64,000 nt of DNA from a bacterium. GTDB lineage: Bacteria > Patescibacteriota > Patescibacteriia > Magasanikbacterales > GWA2-37-8. Where the stretch lies: positions 36,974 through 100,973 of the forward strand of contig JBDROJ010000027.1 in the NCBI GenBank assembly GCA_043810165.1. The letters are read 5' to 3'. Both the position numbers and the translations under genes were made by a program. Under the pieces are notes generated by a model that had not been told where the DNA came from, ran no database searches, and saw only the letters and a program-made list of their open reading frames with translations. Shown here one piece after another: positions 30,860-41,201 of this stretch. Every line of letters starts with the position of its first letter. Positions within the stretch are counted from its first letter, which is position 1.

Positions 30860-32842
30860 ATGCCTAAAAAATCATCGGACAAACAAAAAAAAATAAAATT
30901 AAAAGGCAAGTATGCCCATGTTTGGCTTGAAAATTCTTTTGAAATAAAAAATCCAAAAAATAATCCCGTAAATAAGAATGAAGAATCTAATTATCTAGGC
31001 ACAAGCATTAACAATAAAAAAATAATCTTGTTGATATTAGCTTCCTCATTAAGTGTTTTGATTATTATCATTCAAGTTTTTTTCCTACAAATAATTAAAG
31101 GGGATCATTACCGCGCGCTGGCAGAGAGTAACAGGGTGCGTATAAAACCAATAATTTCCGAACGAGGAATAATATACGATAAAAACAAAATTGAGCTGAC
31201 TCAGAATATACCTAATTTTTCTCTGATATTAGTTCCTCAAGATCTGCCTTCGTCAAAAACATTGGAAGGCAAGCTTCAAAGAAAAAAAATTATTAAAAAA
31301 ATTGTAGAAATAGCCGAACTAGATGAAAAAAAAATTGAAGAGCTTTTAGATAAATATGGAGATTATAGCCTAAACTCATTAATAATTAAAGAAGATCTTG
31401 ATTATGAGGTGGCCTTACGAACATATCTAGCCAGCGATGATATCCCAGGAATTTCAATTTTAAAAGGCAGCAAGAGAAAGTATCTGATGAATGAACAAAT
31501 CAATTCGGCCACAAGCAGTTTGAGCCTATCGCACATACTAGGATACTTAGGCAAATTAAATGAACAGGAATACAATGAATTTAAAGATCAGGGATATCTG
31601 ATGTTTGACAACACTGGAAAAACAGGTCTTGAAAAAATTTATCAATCCGAATTGCGAGGATATTATGGTAGTAAAAAAAATGAGGTGGATGCTAATGGCC
31701 GTGAAAAAAATATTATATCAGAAATTAATCCAGTGGCCGGAAAAAATTTGATTCTGACATTGGATATTCAAGCCCAAATAAAGATGGAGGAACTGCTTAA
31801 AAAAGCCTTGAAAAAATATGAGAAAAAAAAGGCAATTGGAATAGCCATGGATCCAAGAGACGGCTCTATTCTGGCAATGGTTAGCTGGCCATCTTTTAAT
31901 AATAATGACTTTTCCGGAGGAATTTCCCAAAAAGAATATGAAAAATATATTAATAATCCTGATCAACCATTGTTTAATCGGGCTATCAGTGGCACTTACC
32001 CTTCGGGTTCAATCATAAAAACCGTGATGGTTGTAGCGGCTCTGCAAGAAAGAATTATAAATTATAATACTAGCTTCTTTAGCAAAGGTGGCCTGCAGGT
32101 GGATCGGTGGTTCTTTCCTGATTGGTTGCAGGGTGGACACGGCTTGACCAACGCAACCAGAGCTATTGCATGGTCAGTAAATACTTTTTTCTATTATATT
32201 GGAGGCGGTTATGGCGACTTTGATGGATTAGGCGTAGAAAAAATTAAGTCATACATGCAATTATTTAATTTAGGAAAAATTACGGGCATAGATCTTCCGG
32301 AAGAAGAAGACGGGCTCATACCTGATAAAAATTGGAAACAAAAAACCAAGCAAGAAATGTGGTATATAGGAGATACGTATAATTTATCTATTGGACAGGG
32401 CGACCTTTTAGTGACCCCTTTGCAGGCCACTGTTTGGACTTCGGCTATTGCTAATGGAGGGTATTTAGTACAACCTCATTTTCTGCATAAAATTGAAGAT
32501 TCATCAACCCAGGAGACACAATTGGTAAAATACAATAAGGAAAAAATAGATGTTGATCCAAATTATATAAATATCGCTAAAATAGGCATGCGGGAATGTG
32601 TTACATATGGCAGTTGTCCTGCATTGCAAACGCTTAATTTTATGTCTGGCGGTAAAACCGGGACGGCACAGTGGAATAATAATAACAAACAAAATCATGC
32701 CTGGTTCACAAGCTTTGCTCCATACAACAACCCTGAAATAGTAGTAACGATTTTAATAGAAGAAGGCGAGGGTGGAGCCACCACAGCACAACCCGTGGCT
32801 CGAGATTTTCTAGAATGGTGGGGGAAACGTTACTTAAAGTAA
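30860..32842 (+). CDS. mrdA: Penicillin-binding protein 2
   Basis: PSGSIIK (SxxK), SVN, KTGTAQ. Confidence 0.93.
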   Translation: MPKKSSDKQKKIKLKGKYAHVWLENSFEIKNPKNNPVNKNEESNYLGTSINNKKIILLILASSLSVLIIIIQVFFLQIIKGDHYRALAESNRVRIKPIISERGIIYDKNKIELTQNIPNFSLILVPQDLPSSKTLEGKLQRKKIIKKIVEIAELDEKKIEELLDKYGDYSLNSLIIKEDLDYEVALRTYLASDDIPGISILKGSKRKYLMNEQINSATSSLSLSHILGYLGKLNEQEYNEFKDQGYLMFDNTGKTGLEKIYQSELRGYYGSKKNEVDANGREKNIISEINPVAGKNLILTLDIQAQIKMEELLKKALKKYEKKKAIGIAMDPRDGSILAMVSWPSFNNNDFSGGISQKEYEKYINNPDQPLFNRAISGTYPSGSIIKTVMVVAALQERIINYNTSFFSKGGLQVDRWFFPDWLQGGHGLTNATRAIAWSVNTFFYYIGGGYGDFDGLGVEKIKSYMQLFNLGKITGIDLPEEEDGLIPDKNWKQKTKQEMWYIGDTYNLSIGQGDLLVTPLQATVWTSAIANGGYLVQPHFLHKIEDSSTQETQLVKYNKEKIDVDPNYINIAKIGMRECVTYGSCPALQTLNFMSGGKTGTAQWNNNNKQNHAWFTSFAPYNNPEIVVTILIEEGEGGATTAQPVARDFLEWWGKRYLK

Positions 32843-32908
32843 ATCTAATTTGACACTAAATGAAAATGTGTTATACTTTTTATTATCCTTATACTAAATT
32901 TTTAAATT

Positions 32909-33376
32909 ATGAATGACAATATTCAATATCTTACTCAAAAAGGTTACGATGAATTAAATAAAGAAAGAGATAATTTGAAAGACTATAAAATTCCAGAAAT
33001 TGCCACTAAAATTGATGAGGCAAAACAACAAGGTGACTTATCAGAAAATGCCGAATATCACCAAGCCAAAGAAGACATGGCTTGGGCACAAGGACGCTTG
33101 CTGGAACTTAACCATATTTTAGAAAATGCGCAAATAATGCAAACCACTACTGGTAGCAGTAAAATAATAGTTGGATCAAGCGTAAAATTCAAAAATCCAC
33201 AAGGTCAAGAAAAAGAGTACACCATTGTGGGACCAACCGAGGCTGACCCAATAAGCGGTCGGATATCTAATGAATCCCCAATTGGACAAGCTTTTCTGGA
33301 TGCTGAAGCAGGAGACAAAATAAAGGTAAAAACTCCGGCAGGCGAACAAGAATATCAAATTATTGAGATAAAATAG
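32909..33376 (+). CDS. greA: Transcription elongation factor GreA
   Basis: GDLSENAEY, ISNESPIG. Confidence 0.96.
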   Translation: MNDNIQYLTQKGYDELNKERDNLKDYKIPEIATKIDEAKQQGDLSENAEYHQAKEDMAWAQGRLLELNHILENAQIMQTTTGSSKIIVGSSVKFKNPQGQEKEYTIVGPTEADPISGRISNESPIGQAFLDAEAGDKIKVKTPAGEQEYQIIEIK

Positions 33377-33424
33377 CCTATTTTGACAAAATTAATTAAA
33401 CTTCCTTATACACAGGAGGTTTTT

Positions 33425-33453
33425 TTGACGCTAAACCAAATATAAGCTATAAT
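33425..33453 (+). promoter_or_regulatory. lysS promoter; the -35 is formed by the greA terminator T-run
   Basis: TTGACG-17-TATAAT. Confidence 0.7.
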
Positions 33454-33506
33454 AAGAGTCATAAGCTAATCTTTTAGCGAATTTTTAAGTTATTTATAAT
33501 TTTTCT

Positions 33507-34958
33507 ATGGACATCAAACAAAGCGAAGAACAAGATAGGCTAAAAAAACTGGAGTATCTATACAAACAAGGTATTAATCCATACCCAGCTCAAAGTAATA
33601 AAAAACAAAGCTGTGAACAAGCAAAAGCATCAAAAGAAGGTGCCCAAGTATGTGTGGCCGGCCGCATAATGTCTAAACGAATAATGGGAAAGTTGTCTTT
33701 CTGTCATCTCCAAGATCAAAGCGGGCGCGTACAAGTAGCAATTAGCGACAAAGAACTTGGAAAAGATGACTATAAATTATTTATCAAATTTTTTGACATG
33801 GGCGATTTTGTAGAACTTACGGGTAACATGTTTATTACTCACAAAGGGGAAAACACAGTTCTGGTAAAAAAATACCGGTTATTGTCAAAAGCTCTGCGTC
33901 CTTTGCCTGAGAAATTTCATGGGCTACAAGATCAAGAAGAGCAATTTAGAAAAAGATATCTGGATATTTTATTAGATCCAGAATTAAAGGAATTATTTTT
34001 CAAAAAAACTCGCTTTTGGAATAGTATGCGGGAATTTTTGGTTAAACAAGGATTTTTAGAAGTGGAGACTCCTATTTTAGAAACCACAGCCGGCGGGGCT
34101 GACGCAAATCCTTTTGTGACCCATCACGATGCGCTAGATATGGATGTTTACTTGCGTATTTCAATGGGCGAACTATGGCAAAAACGATTAATGGTGGCCG
34201 GGCTGGAAAAAACCTTTGAAATTGGCAGGCAATTCCGCAATGAAGGCCTAAGCCGCGAACACCTACAAGATTACACCCAAATGGAATTTTATTGGGCTTA
34301 TGCCGACTACACCAAAGGCATGAAATTGGTGGAAGATATGTATAAGTATGTTATTAAACAAAGTTTTGGCAGTTTAAAATTTGATATTGATAAATACAAA
34401 GACATTGATCTAGAACAAAAATGGGGAAAAATATCTTATGCTGAAGAAATAAAAAAGCAAACAGGAATTAATATATTAAAAGCCAACGACCAAGAAATGT
34501 TAGATAAAATTAAAGAATTGCATATTGAAGCAAAAAATTTAAGTTCTCGCGGACGCATTATGGATACTTTATGGAAATACTGCCGCAAAAATATCAAAGG
34601 ACCTGTATTTTTAATGGATCATCCGGTTGATGTATCTCCATTGGCTAAAAGAAAGCAAGATGATCCAAAACTTACTGAACGATACCAGATTATAATTGCC
34701 GGTAGCGAACTTGGCAACGGATATTCAGAGTTAAATGATCCTGTGGATCAGGCTCAAAGATTCAATGAACAAGCCAAGATGCGTGAACAAGGAGATAGCG
34801 AAGCACAGATGCATGATAGTGATTTTGTGGAAGCTCTTGAGCATGGCATGCCACCTACAACTGGATTCGGATTGTCTGAAAGGCTGTTTTCATTTTTAGC
34901 CAATCGTCCAATACGTGAATGTGTATTGTTCCCTTTAATGAAACCAGATGAAAAATAA
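33507..34958 (+). CDS. lysS: Lysyl-tRNA synthetase class II
   Basis: FRNEG, YSELNDP, GMPPTTGFG. Confidence 0.96.
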   Translation: MDIKQSEEQDRLKKLEYLYKQGINPYPAQSNKKQSCEQAKASKEGAQVCVAGRIMSKRIMGKLSFCHLQDQSGRVQVAISDKELGKDDYKLFIKFFDMGDFVELTGNMFITHKGENTVLVKKYRLLSKALRPLPEKFHGLQDQEEQFRKRYLDILLDPELKELFFKKTRFWNSMREFLVKQGFLEVETPILETTAGGADANPFVTHHDALDMDVYLRISMGELWQKRLMVAGLEKTFEIGRQFRNEGLSREHLQDYTQMEFYWAYADYTKGMKLVEDMYKYVIKQSFGSLKFDIDKYKDIDLEQKWGKISYAEEIKKQTGINILKANDQEMLDKIKELHIEAKNLSSRGRIMDTLWKYCRKNIKGPVFLMDHPVDVSPLAKRKQDDPKLTERYQIIIAGSELGNGYSELNDPVDQAQRFNEQAKMREQGDSEAQMHDSDFVEALEHGMPPTTGFGLSERLFSFLANRPIRECVLFPLMKPDEK

Positions 34959-34977
34959 CTAACAAAGGAGGCTGGAA

Positions 34978-35228
34978 ATGTATAAAGAGCAACCATGGAA
35001 GTAAGCTGTGAAATCCTGAAGTGGGATGAACTGAACACTCAGGATAAGGAACTAATTGCGCAGGCGCTGGAGGTAAGAAAAAAAGCCTATGCCAAATACT
35101 CCTCGTTCATGGTGGGTTGTGTGATTATAGACACAACCGGAACCTCTCATATCGGTCGCAACGTGGAACGAGCATCCTACTCTGAAACCACACTTTGGCA
35201 TCAGTCACTAACAAAACCGGGAGACTGA
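34978..35228 (+). pseudogene. cdd: Truncated cytidine deaminase
   Basis: A...RKKAYAKYS.F.VG...G.NVE.ASY present; (C/H)AE and PCxxC absent; SD-led ATG 34978 is out of frame. Confidence 0.75.
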
Positions 35229-35279
35229 TGTCTCCCGCCTTTTGCCCATAAACTATTATGGGTTAAAGACAGGAAATTT

Positions 35280-35669
35280 ATGAAAAAAGTAATAGTATTT
35301 GGCACATTTGATTTGATTCATCCCGGACATTTGCATATGTTCAAGCAGGCTAAAGAATATGGTGATTTTTTAGTGATAGTAATTTCTCGCGATAAGATAA
35401 CCTGCCAGATAAAAGGCAAACTGCCTATAAATAATGAAGAGGTGCGATTAGCCAATATCAAAAAATTAAATGTGGCTGACAGAGTAAGATTGGGATGTCT
35501 AGATGATCATTATCGTGTAATAAAAGAAGAAAAACCTGATATTGTAGCACTAGGATATGATCAGAAAGCTTTTGTTGATAGCCTGTCAGAAATTATAGAA
35601 GATCATTGCCAAATAGTAAGACTAAGTCCATACAAGCCTGAAATTTATAAAAGCTCAAAATTAAAATGA
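35280..35669 (+). CDS. Cytidylyltransferase family (RibL-type FAD synthase-like)
   Basis: GTFDLIHPGH, PDIVALGYDQ, KSS. Confidence 0.8.
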   Translation: MKKVIVFGTFDLIHPGHLHMFKQAKEYGDFLVIVISRDKITCQIKGKLPINNEEVRLANIKKLNVADRVRLGCLDDHYRVIKEEKPDIVALGYDQKAFVDSLSEIIEDHCQIVRLSPYKPEIYKSSKLK

Positions 35670-36685
35670 AAAAAATATTAATTGCGACAAGCAACCAAGG
35701 TAAATTTAAAGAAATCACCAGCGAGATGTCTGATATGCCTTTTGATTTTATATCATTGCAAGACTTGCCAAAAAAAATCAAAGAGCCTGTTGAGGATCAA
35801 CCTACAATTGAAGAAAACGCGATCTTGAAAGCTAAATATTATGCTAAAAAAACAGGCTTACCAAGCCTGGCTGATGATTGCGGTTTATTTATAGATGCTT
35901 TAAATGGCTGGCCAGGGGTTATTAGCGCGCGTATTGGCACCAATGATGATGAAAGACGAGCCAATGTTTTATCTAAGATGAATGGCAAAACCAACCGAAA
36001 AGCAAAATTTAAAGCAGTTTTGGCTTTATTTGATCCAAATGACCAAAATATGTATTTATCTTATGGAGAATGTCAAGGTCAATTGCTTGAAAAAGAAAAT
36101 CTACAAGGAAAAAACGGATTTGGCTATGATCCAATATTCTATGTGACTGAAAAAGGCAAGACATATTCAGAAATGCCTATAGTTGAAAAAAATCTTATCA
36201 GCCATCGAGGCAGGGCCCTGGCTAATATAAAATTCTACCTGATTAAACAATACTCTTTTAAACAATATATAGTGCCTTTAGGAATACTTGTTAAAGATAG
36301 AAAAATGCTAATGACCAAACGACGCGACCATCGCCTGGAATATAATAATAAATGGGAGTTTCCTGGCGGGGGAGTGGACAATGGCGAATCCATAAAAGAT
36401 AATTTATTAAGAGAAGTCCGAGAGGAAACCGGTTACAGTGTTGATGTGGTTGAACAACTGCCGGAAATTTTAACTGAAACTAGGAAAAAATATGACTACC
36501 AAGTATTTTTATTACCATACATTTGTAAAATAAAATCAGGCAAACTCAAGACTTCAGACAATGAAACTTACGGTCATGGATGGTTTACAATGGCAGAAGC
36601 TTTAAAAAAATCGCTTCTACCGTTGAACAAAAAATGTATTCAAGATAAAAACAACTGGGCAATGCTTAAAAAATATATTGATTAA
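35666..36685 (+). CDS. rdgB: RdgB/HAM1 non-canonical NTP pyrophosphatase fused to a Nudix hydrolase
   Basis: ATSNQGK, ADDCGL, FGYDPIF, SHRG; Nudix box GGVDNGE...REVREETG. Confidence 0.9.
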   Translation: MKKILIATSNQGKFKEITSEMSDMPFDFISLQDLPKKIKEPVEDQPTIEENAILKAKYYAKKTGLPSLADDCGLFIDALNGWPGVISARIGTNDDERRANVLSKMNGKTNRKAKFKAVLALFDPNDQNMYLSYGECQGQLLEKENLQGKNGFGYDPIFYVTEKGKTYSEMPIVEKNLISHRGRALANIKFYLIKQYSFKQYIVPLGILVKDRKMLMTKRRDHRLEYNNKWEFPGGGVDNGESIKDNLLREVREETGYSVDVVEQLPEILTETRKKYDYQVFLLPYICKIKSGKLKTSDNETYGHGWFTMAEALKKSLLPLNKKCIQDKNNWAMLKKYID

Positions 36686-36696
36686 CAAACACACAT

Positions 36697-37950
36697 ATGT
36701 TAGATATAAAATATATATTAGAGAATAAAGAATTAATCCAAGAAAACTGTAAAAATCGCGGTACTCGTGCTAATCTGGAAGAATTAATGGCTTTGGATGA
36801 AGAAAGAAAAGGGCTGTTAAAAAAAATAGAAGATCTGCGCAGTAAACGCAATCAAATTTCAAAAGAAAAACCCAGGGATGAAGATATTCTATTAATGCGA
36901 AAACTTGGACAAGAAGTTAAGCAATTAGAAAATATTTTAATCAATATTGAAGATAAATTAAAAGATGTTCTGTATCAGATACCAAACATCACGCATCCTG
37001 ATAGTCCAATTGGAGATGAGGATCAATTCAAAGTTTTATACACAAACAAAGAACCATCTAAATTTGATTTTGAACCTAAAAATCACGAGGAATTGATGCT
37101 GGATTTAGATCTAATTGATTTTGAACGCGGTGCAAAAGTTGCCGGTTCTAAATTTTATTTTTATAAGAATCAAGCAGTGCGCCTTAATCAAGCTTTAATC
37201 AATTATGGATTGGATATTACTGCCAAATACGGCTATCAGATGATGGAAACGCCTGACCTGGTTAAATCAGAAATCTTGACCGGCAGTGGTTTCAATCCAC
37301 GTGGCGAAGAAAAACAAACCTATGAAATTAAAAACACTGACTTAGACCTGGTTGGCACAGCTGAAATAACAATGCTTGGTTATCATGCAGACGAAATTTT
37401 GGACTTGAGCCAAGGACCTAAAAAATACGTGGCTTTGTCACATTGTTTTCGTGTTGAAGCCGGATCCTACGGCAGAACCAGCAAAGGACTATATCGCGTC
37501 CATCAATTCACTAAGCTGGAAATGTTCATTTTCTGCAAACCAGAAGAAAGTGAACAATATCATCAAGAATTACTCAACATAGAAAAAGAAATTGTAGACG
37601 GCTTGGAACTGCCTTATGAGGTAATTGATATAGCTACTGGCGATTTGGGAGCACCGGCTTATCGTAAATTTGATATTGAAGCTTGGATGACCATGAAAGG
37701 CGATGATAAAAAACAAGGCGGATACGGAGAAATCACCAGCACCAGCAATTGTACTGACTATCAAGCTCGCCGTTTAAATATTAGATATCAAGGCAAGCAA
37801 GAGAAAAAATTTGTACATACATTAAATGGCACAGCCGTTGTTTTAAGCCGTTTTCCAATAGCTTTGTTAGAAAATCATCAACAGGCTGATGGCAGTATAT
37901 CCATTCCTGAAGTTTTAAGAAAATATTGCGGATTTGATGAAATAAAATAA
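36697..37950 (+). CDS. serS: Seryl-tRNA synthetase
   Basis: MLDIK, GLYRVHQF, SNCTDYQARR, HTLNGT. Confidence 0.96.
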   Translation: MLDIKYILENKELIQENCKNRGTRANLEELMALDEERKGLLKKIEDLRSKRNQISKEKPRDEDILLMRKLGQEVKQLENILINIEDKLKDVLYQIPNITHPDSPIGDEDQFKVLYTNKEPSKFDFEPKNHEELMLDLDLIDFERGAKVAGSKFYFYKNQAVRLNQALINYGLDITAKYGYQMMETPDLVKSEILTGSGFNPRGEEKQTYEIKNTDLDLVGTAEITMLGYHADEILDLSQGPKKYVALSHCFRVEAGSYGRTSKGLYRVHQFTKLEMFIFCKPEESEQYHQELLNIEKEIVDGLELPYEVIDIATGDLGAPAYRKFDIEAWMTMKGDDKKQGGYGEITSTSNCTDYQARRLNIRYQGKQEKKFVHTLNGTAVVLSRFPIALLENHQQADGSISIPEVLRKYCGFDEIK

Positions 37951-37957
37951 TATTCTT

Positions 37958-39067
37958 ATGCAAACCTGGATTGAGGTAAATAAAAAGGCCATAGAATATA
38001 ATTTAAAACAGATTCGCCAGAAAATCGGTCGCGATGTTTTATTGATGCCTGTTATAAAAGCTAACGCATATGGACATGGTTTCTTAGAAACCGCCAAAAT
38101 TTGCAATCAAAACAAAGAAGTAGACAGAATCTGTGTTGCCAATTCTGATGAGGCCTTAAGATTGATTGAATTAACAAAAAAACCAATTCAAATACTTAGT
38201 TTTTATGATCTGGACAAGAAAATTTTGCTAAAACTAGCTAAAAACGCAATGATTTTTCCGGTTTATGACCAAAGACAAGCTAAAATTCTAGACAAGGTAG
38301 GGGACAATGTCAGAAAAAAAATTAAAATACACCTCAAAATAGATACTGGCACTTCTCGGCTAGGTATTCTACCAAATAACCTAGTAAACTTTACTAATGA
38401 CATCAAGAACTTTAAAAATCTAAACATCGAGGGGGTATTTAGCCATTTTTCTTCTAGCGAAGAAGACAGGGAAGTAACAATTCAACAATTAGAAATTTTT
38501 AACAAAGCAACAAATTTATTAAGTCAACAAGGAATAAATCCTGCTATAAGACACATAACGTGTTCTGCGGCCACGATATTATATCCAGAATCTCATTTTG
38601 ATGCAGTCAGGATAGGAATAAGTTTGTATGGCTTGCACCCGTCCGACCAAGCAAATATAGCCATTAAATTAAAACCAGTATTATCTTGGCATACCAAAAT
38701 AATACAAGTCAAAAAGGTGCCAAGTCAAACTAAAATTAGTTATGACTGTACTTATACCACCAATAGGCCGACAAAATTAGCAATTTTGCCCATTGGTTAT
38801 TGGGATGGTTTTGATAGAGGATTGTCAAACAAGGGTCTAGTATTGATAAAGGGCATCAAGTGCCCTATTTTAGGCCGTGTATGCATGAATTTAAGCATTG
38901 TGGATATAACTAATATTCCAGAAGTTAATGCAGGGGAACAGGCCACCTTGATAGGTACTCAAGGCCACCAAACCATTACTGCCCAAGACATGGCCAAATG
39001 GGCTGGTACTATTAATTACGAAATTATAGATAGAATAAACCCATTACTGCCGAGAATCATAAAATAA
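37958..39067 (+). CDS. alr: Alanine racemase
   Basis: VIKANAYGHG, GYWDG, GRVCMN, TINYE. Confidence 0.95.
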   Translation: MQTWIEVNKKAIEYNLKQIRQKIGRDVLLMPVIKANAYGHGFLETAKICNQNKEVDRICVANSDEALRLIELTKKPIQILSFYDLDKKILLKLAKNAMIFPVYDQRQAKILDKVGDNVRKKIKIHLKIDTGTSRLGILPNNLVNFTNDIKNFKNLNIEGVFSHFSSSEEDREVTIQQLEIFNKATNLLSQQGINPAIRHITCSAATILYPESHFDAVRIGISLYGLHPSDQANIAIKLKPVLSWHTKIIQVKKVPSQTKISYDCTYTTNRPTKLAILPIGYWDGFDRGLSNKGLVLIKGIKCPILGRVCMNLSIVDITNIPEVNAGEQATLIGTQGHQTITAQDMAKWAGTINYEIIDRINPLLPRIIK

Positions 39068-39068
39068 T

Positions 39069-40097
39069 ATGATAAAACGCTTTCACTCCCAACAAGCGCA
39101 TACAAAGTACCGCCCCTACCAATCTCGCTGGAGGCGTTTTTTGAATTATCGTAAAAAAATTAAAAAACAAAAATATACAATCAAAAAACAAGAGAAGTTA
39201 AGTCAGCAAAATCCGTATAAAGCCAGAAGAATGGAAAAAAGAAAGCTTCCTTTGACAAAAATTAAAATACTTTTACTATTACTATTTATAATTGCATGGA
39301 TTATTTTGTTGCTATATTTACCATTCTTCCAAATTAACCAGATAACTTATAATGGGCTGGAAAATATAAAAGAGGCTGAAATACAAGATACTATAAATAA
39401 TAAATTCCTAAAAGATAGTAATAAAATACCTTACAAAAACTTTTTTATAATAAAACCGACAAAAATATCCGAAGAGCTTGAAAAAAACTTCCCCATTCAA
39501 AGTATTGAAATCAAAAAAATATTTCCTAATAAACTAGAGATAAACATAAAAGAAAAATACACTTCTTTAATATATGATAATGGATCTGATTATTTTTTGA
39601 TGGACAATACAGGCAAGCTAATAAAATACCTAGCCAAAATAGGTGATAATGAATTTTTGACCAAGATTATTACAAGCACCAGCACTTCTAGCACATATCC
39701 AGGAGAAATTATAACCACTACTACTAGCACTACTAAGCTACATCGACCAAACTATATACAAATTCAACAACAATTTGGCAAATATCCAATTCTGTATGAT
39801 ATCAGAAATAAGCAAGTAAGTGTAGGCGATCCGAATTTATTGCCAGACAATTTTATATCAGCCATTATTGAAATCAATAACAAGCTCTCCGGGCTTGGAA
39901 TAGGGGATATTAATTATTACGTACTGGAAAATGTCAATTCTGGTGTAGAAATTAAAACTTCTAATATTTGGAGTATCTTTATGCAACCAACTCAGAATAT
40001 TGATACCCAGCTAAATAATTTAAAAATTATATTAGCTGAGAATCAACCCGCTCTGTACATAGATTTACGGCAACAGAGCAGGGTATACTGGAAATAA
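39069..40097 (+). CDS. FtsQ/DivIB-like protein
   Basis: Basic N-tail, TM, POTRA (KIFPNKLEINIKE), C-terminal YIDLR. Confidence 0.8.
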   Translation: MIKRFHSQQAHTKYRPYQSRWRRFLNYRKKIKKQKYTIKKQEKLSQQNPYKARRMEKRKLPLTKIKILLLLLFIIAWIILLLYLPFFQINQITYNGLENIKEAEIQDTINNKFLKDSNKIPYKNFFIIKPTKISEELEKNFPIQSIEIKKIFPNKLEINIKEKYTSLIYDNGSDYFLMDNTGKLIKYLAKIGDNEFLTKIITSTSTSSTYPGEIITTTTSTTKLHRPNYIQIQQQFGKYPILYDIRNKQVSVGDPNLLPDNFISAIIEINNKLSGLGIGDINYYVLENVNSGVEIKTSNIWSIFMQPTQNIDTQLNNLKIILAENQPALYIDLRQQSRVYWK

Positions 40098-40098
40098 T

Positions 40099-40127
40099 TT
40101 GACATATTTTTTGTTTATTTGTATAAT
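40099..40127 (+). promoter_or_regulatory. xer promoter
   Basis: TTGACA-17-TATAAT. Confidence 0.8.
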
Positions 40128-40134
40128 ATATTCA

Positions 40135-40162
40135 ACGTCGTATAATATAGATTAACCGTCGT
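40135..40162. other. Candidate dif site
   Basis: ACGTCGTATAA-TATAGA-TTAACCGTCGT: 11-6-11 layout, arms 8/11 inverted. Confidence 0.6.
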
Positions 40163-40179
40163 AATAAGCTTATAATTGT

Positions 40180-41166
40180 ATGGAGAAATCAAATATACCA
40201 TTAATTAACCATATTCCTGACTTTCTGGAATATTGCGAGGTGGAAAAAGGGTTGTCGCCTATAACCACCCGTAATTATCATAATTTTTTAAAAACATTTG
40301 TTTCATGGTTAAAAATTTCCAAAAAAAAGGATACTAGACCCCACCAAATTACAGAAAAAGACATATGGAATTACAGGCTGTTTTTATCTAGAAAAAAGGA
40401 TGCTACTGGTCAGATATATATAAAAAAAACCACACAGAACTATTATTTGATTGCTCTTAGAAATCTTTTTAATTATCTTGCCATACGAAATATCAGCGCT
40501 ATTAATTCTGAAAAAATAAATTTACCAAAATTAACCGAAAAAGATAAAAAAATAAAATTTTTAAAATTTGAACAAATTGAAAAATTATTATCAATGCCCG
40601 ACATTGAAAAACATGATGGATTGCGAGATAGAGCTATTTTGGAAGTACTATACTCCACTGGTATGAGAGTATCAGAACTAACGTCGCTTAATATAGAACA
40701 GTTTGACACCCAAAATATTATCAAAGAGAAAACCAAAGATATGGAATTAAGCATTGCTGGCAAGGGTGGCTCAGTACGGGCAGTATATTTTTCCTCTCGT
40801 GCATTAAAATGGTTGGGAAGATACATGAATACTCGCAAAGACATGCTCTCTCCCCTATTTACAAATTACAAACAATCTTCTAATCCTGATGACGAACACC
40901 GTTTAAGCCCGCGTTCGGTTGAACGTATAGTGCGTAAATATACCATTATGGCCGGCCTACCAGTAAGTGCTACTCCACATACTCTAAGACATAGCTTTGC
41001 TACCGACTTGTTAGAGCAAGGCGCTGATTTACGCTCTGTGCAAGAACTTTTGGGACATAAAAATATTGTGACTACTCAAATTTATACCCATGTGACTAAT
41101 AAACAACTTCGTTCGGTACATAACAAATTTCATAGTGGAGGAAATAAAAAAACATTAAAAAAATGA
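40180..41166 (+). CDS. Xer-family tyrosine recombinase
   Basis: RDRAILE..STGMRVSEL, HTLRHSFAT, LLGH....TTQIY. Confidence 0.93.
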   Translation: MEKSNIPLINHIPDFLEYCEVEKGLSPITTRNYHNFLKTFVSWLKISKKKDTRPHQITEKDIWNYRLFLSRKKDATGQIYIKKTTQNYYLIALRNLFNYLAIRNISAINSEKINLPKLTEKDKKIKFLKFEQIEKLLSMPDIEKHDGLRDRAILEVLYSTGMRVSELTSLNIEQFDTQNIIKEKTKDMELSIAGKGGSVRAVYFSSRALKWLGRYMNTRKDMLSPLFTNYKQSSNPDDEHRLSPRSVERIVRKYTIMAGLPVSATPHTLRHSFATDLLEQGADLRSVQELLGHKNIVTTQIYTHVTNKQLRSVHNKFHSGGNKKTLKK

Positions 41167-41201
41167 TTTTAAATCTCTAAATAGTACTAAAATATTTATT
41201 T

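Noticed and set aside
40180-41166. Prophage or integron integrase
   Set aside because: It has housekeeping neighbours, no phage genes and no IntI-specific insertion; it is Xer-like.
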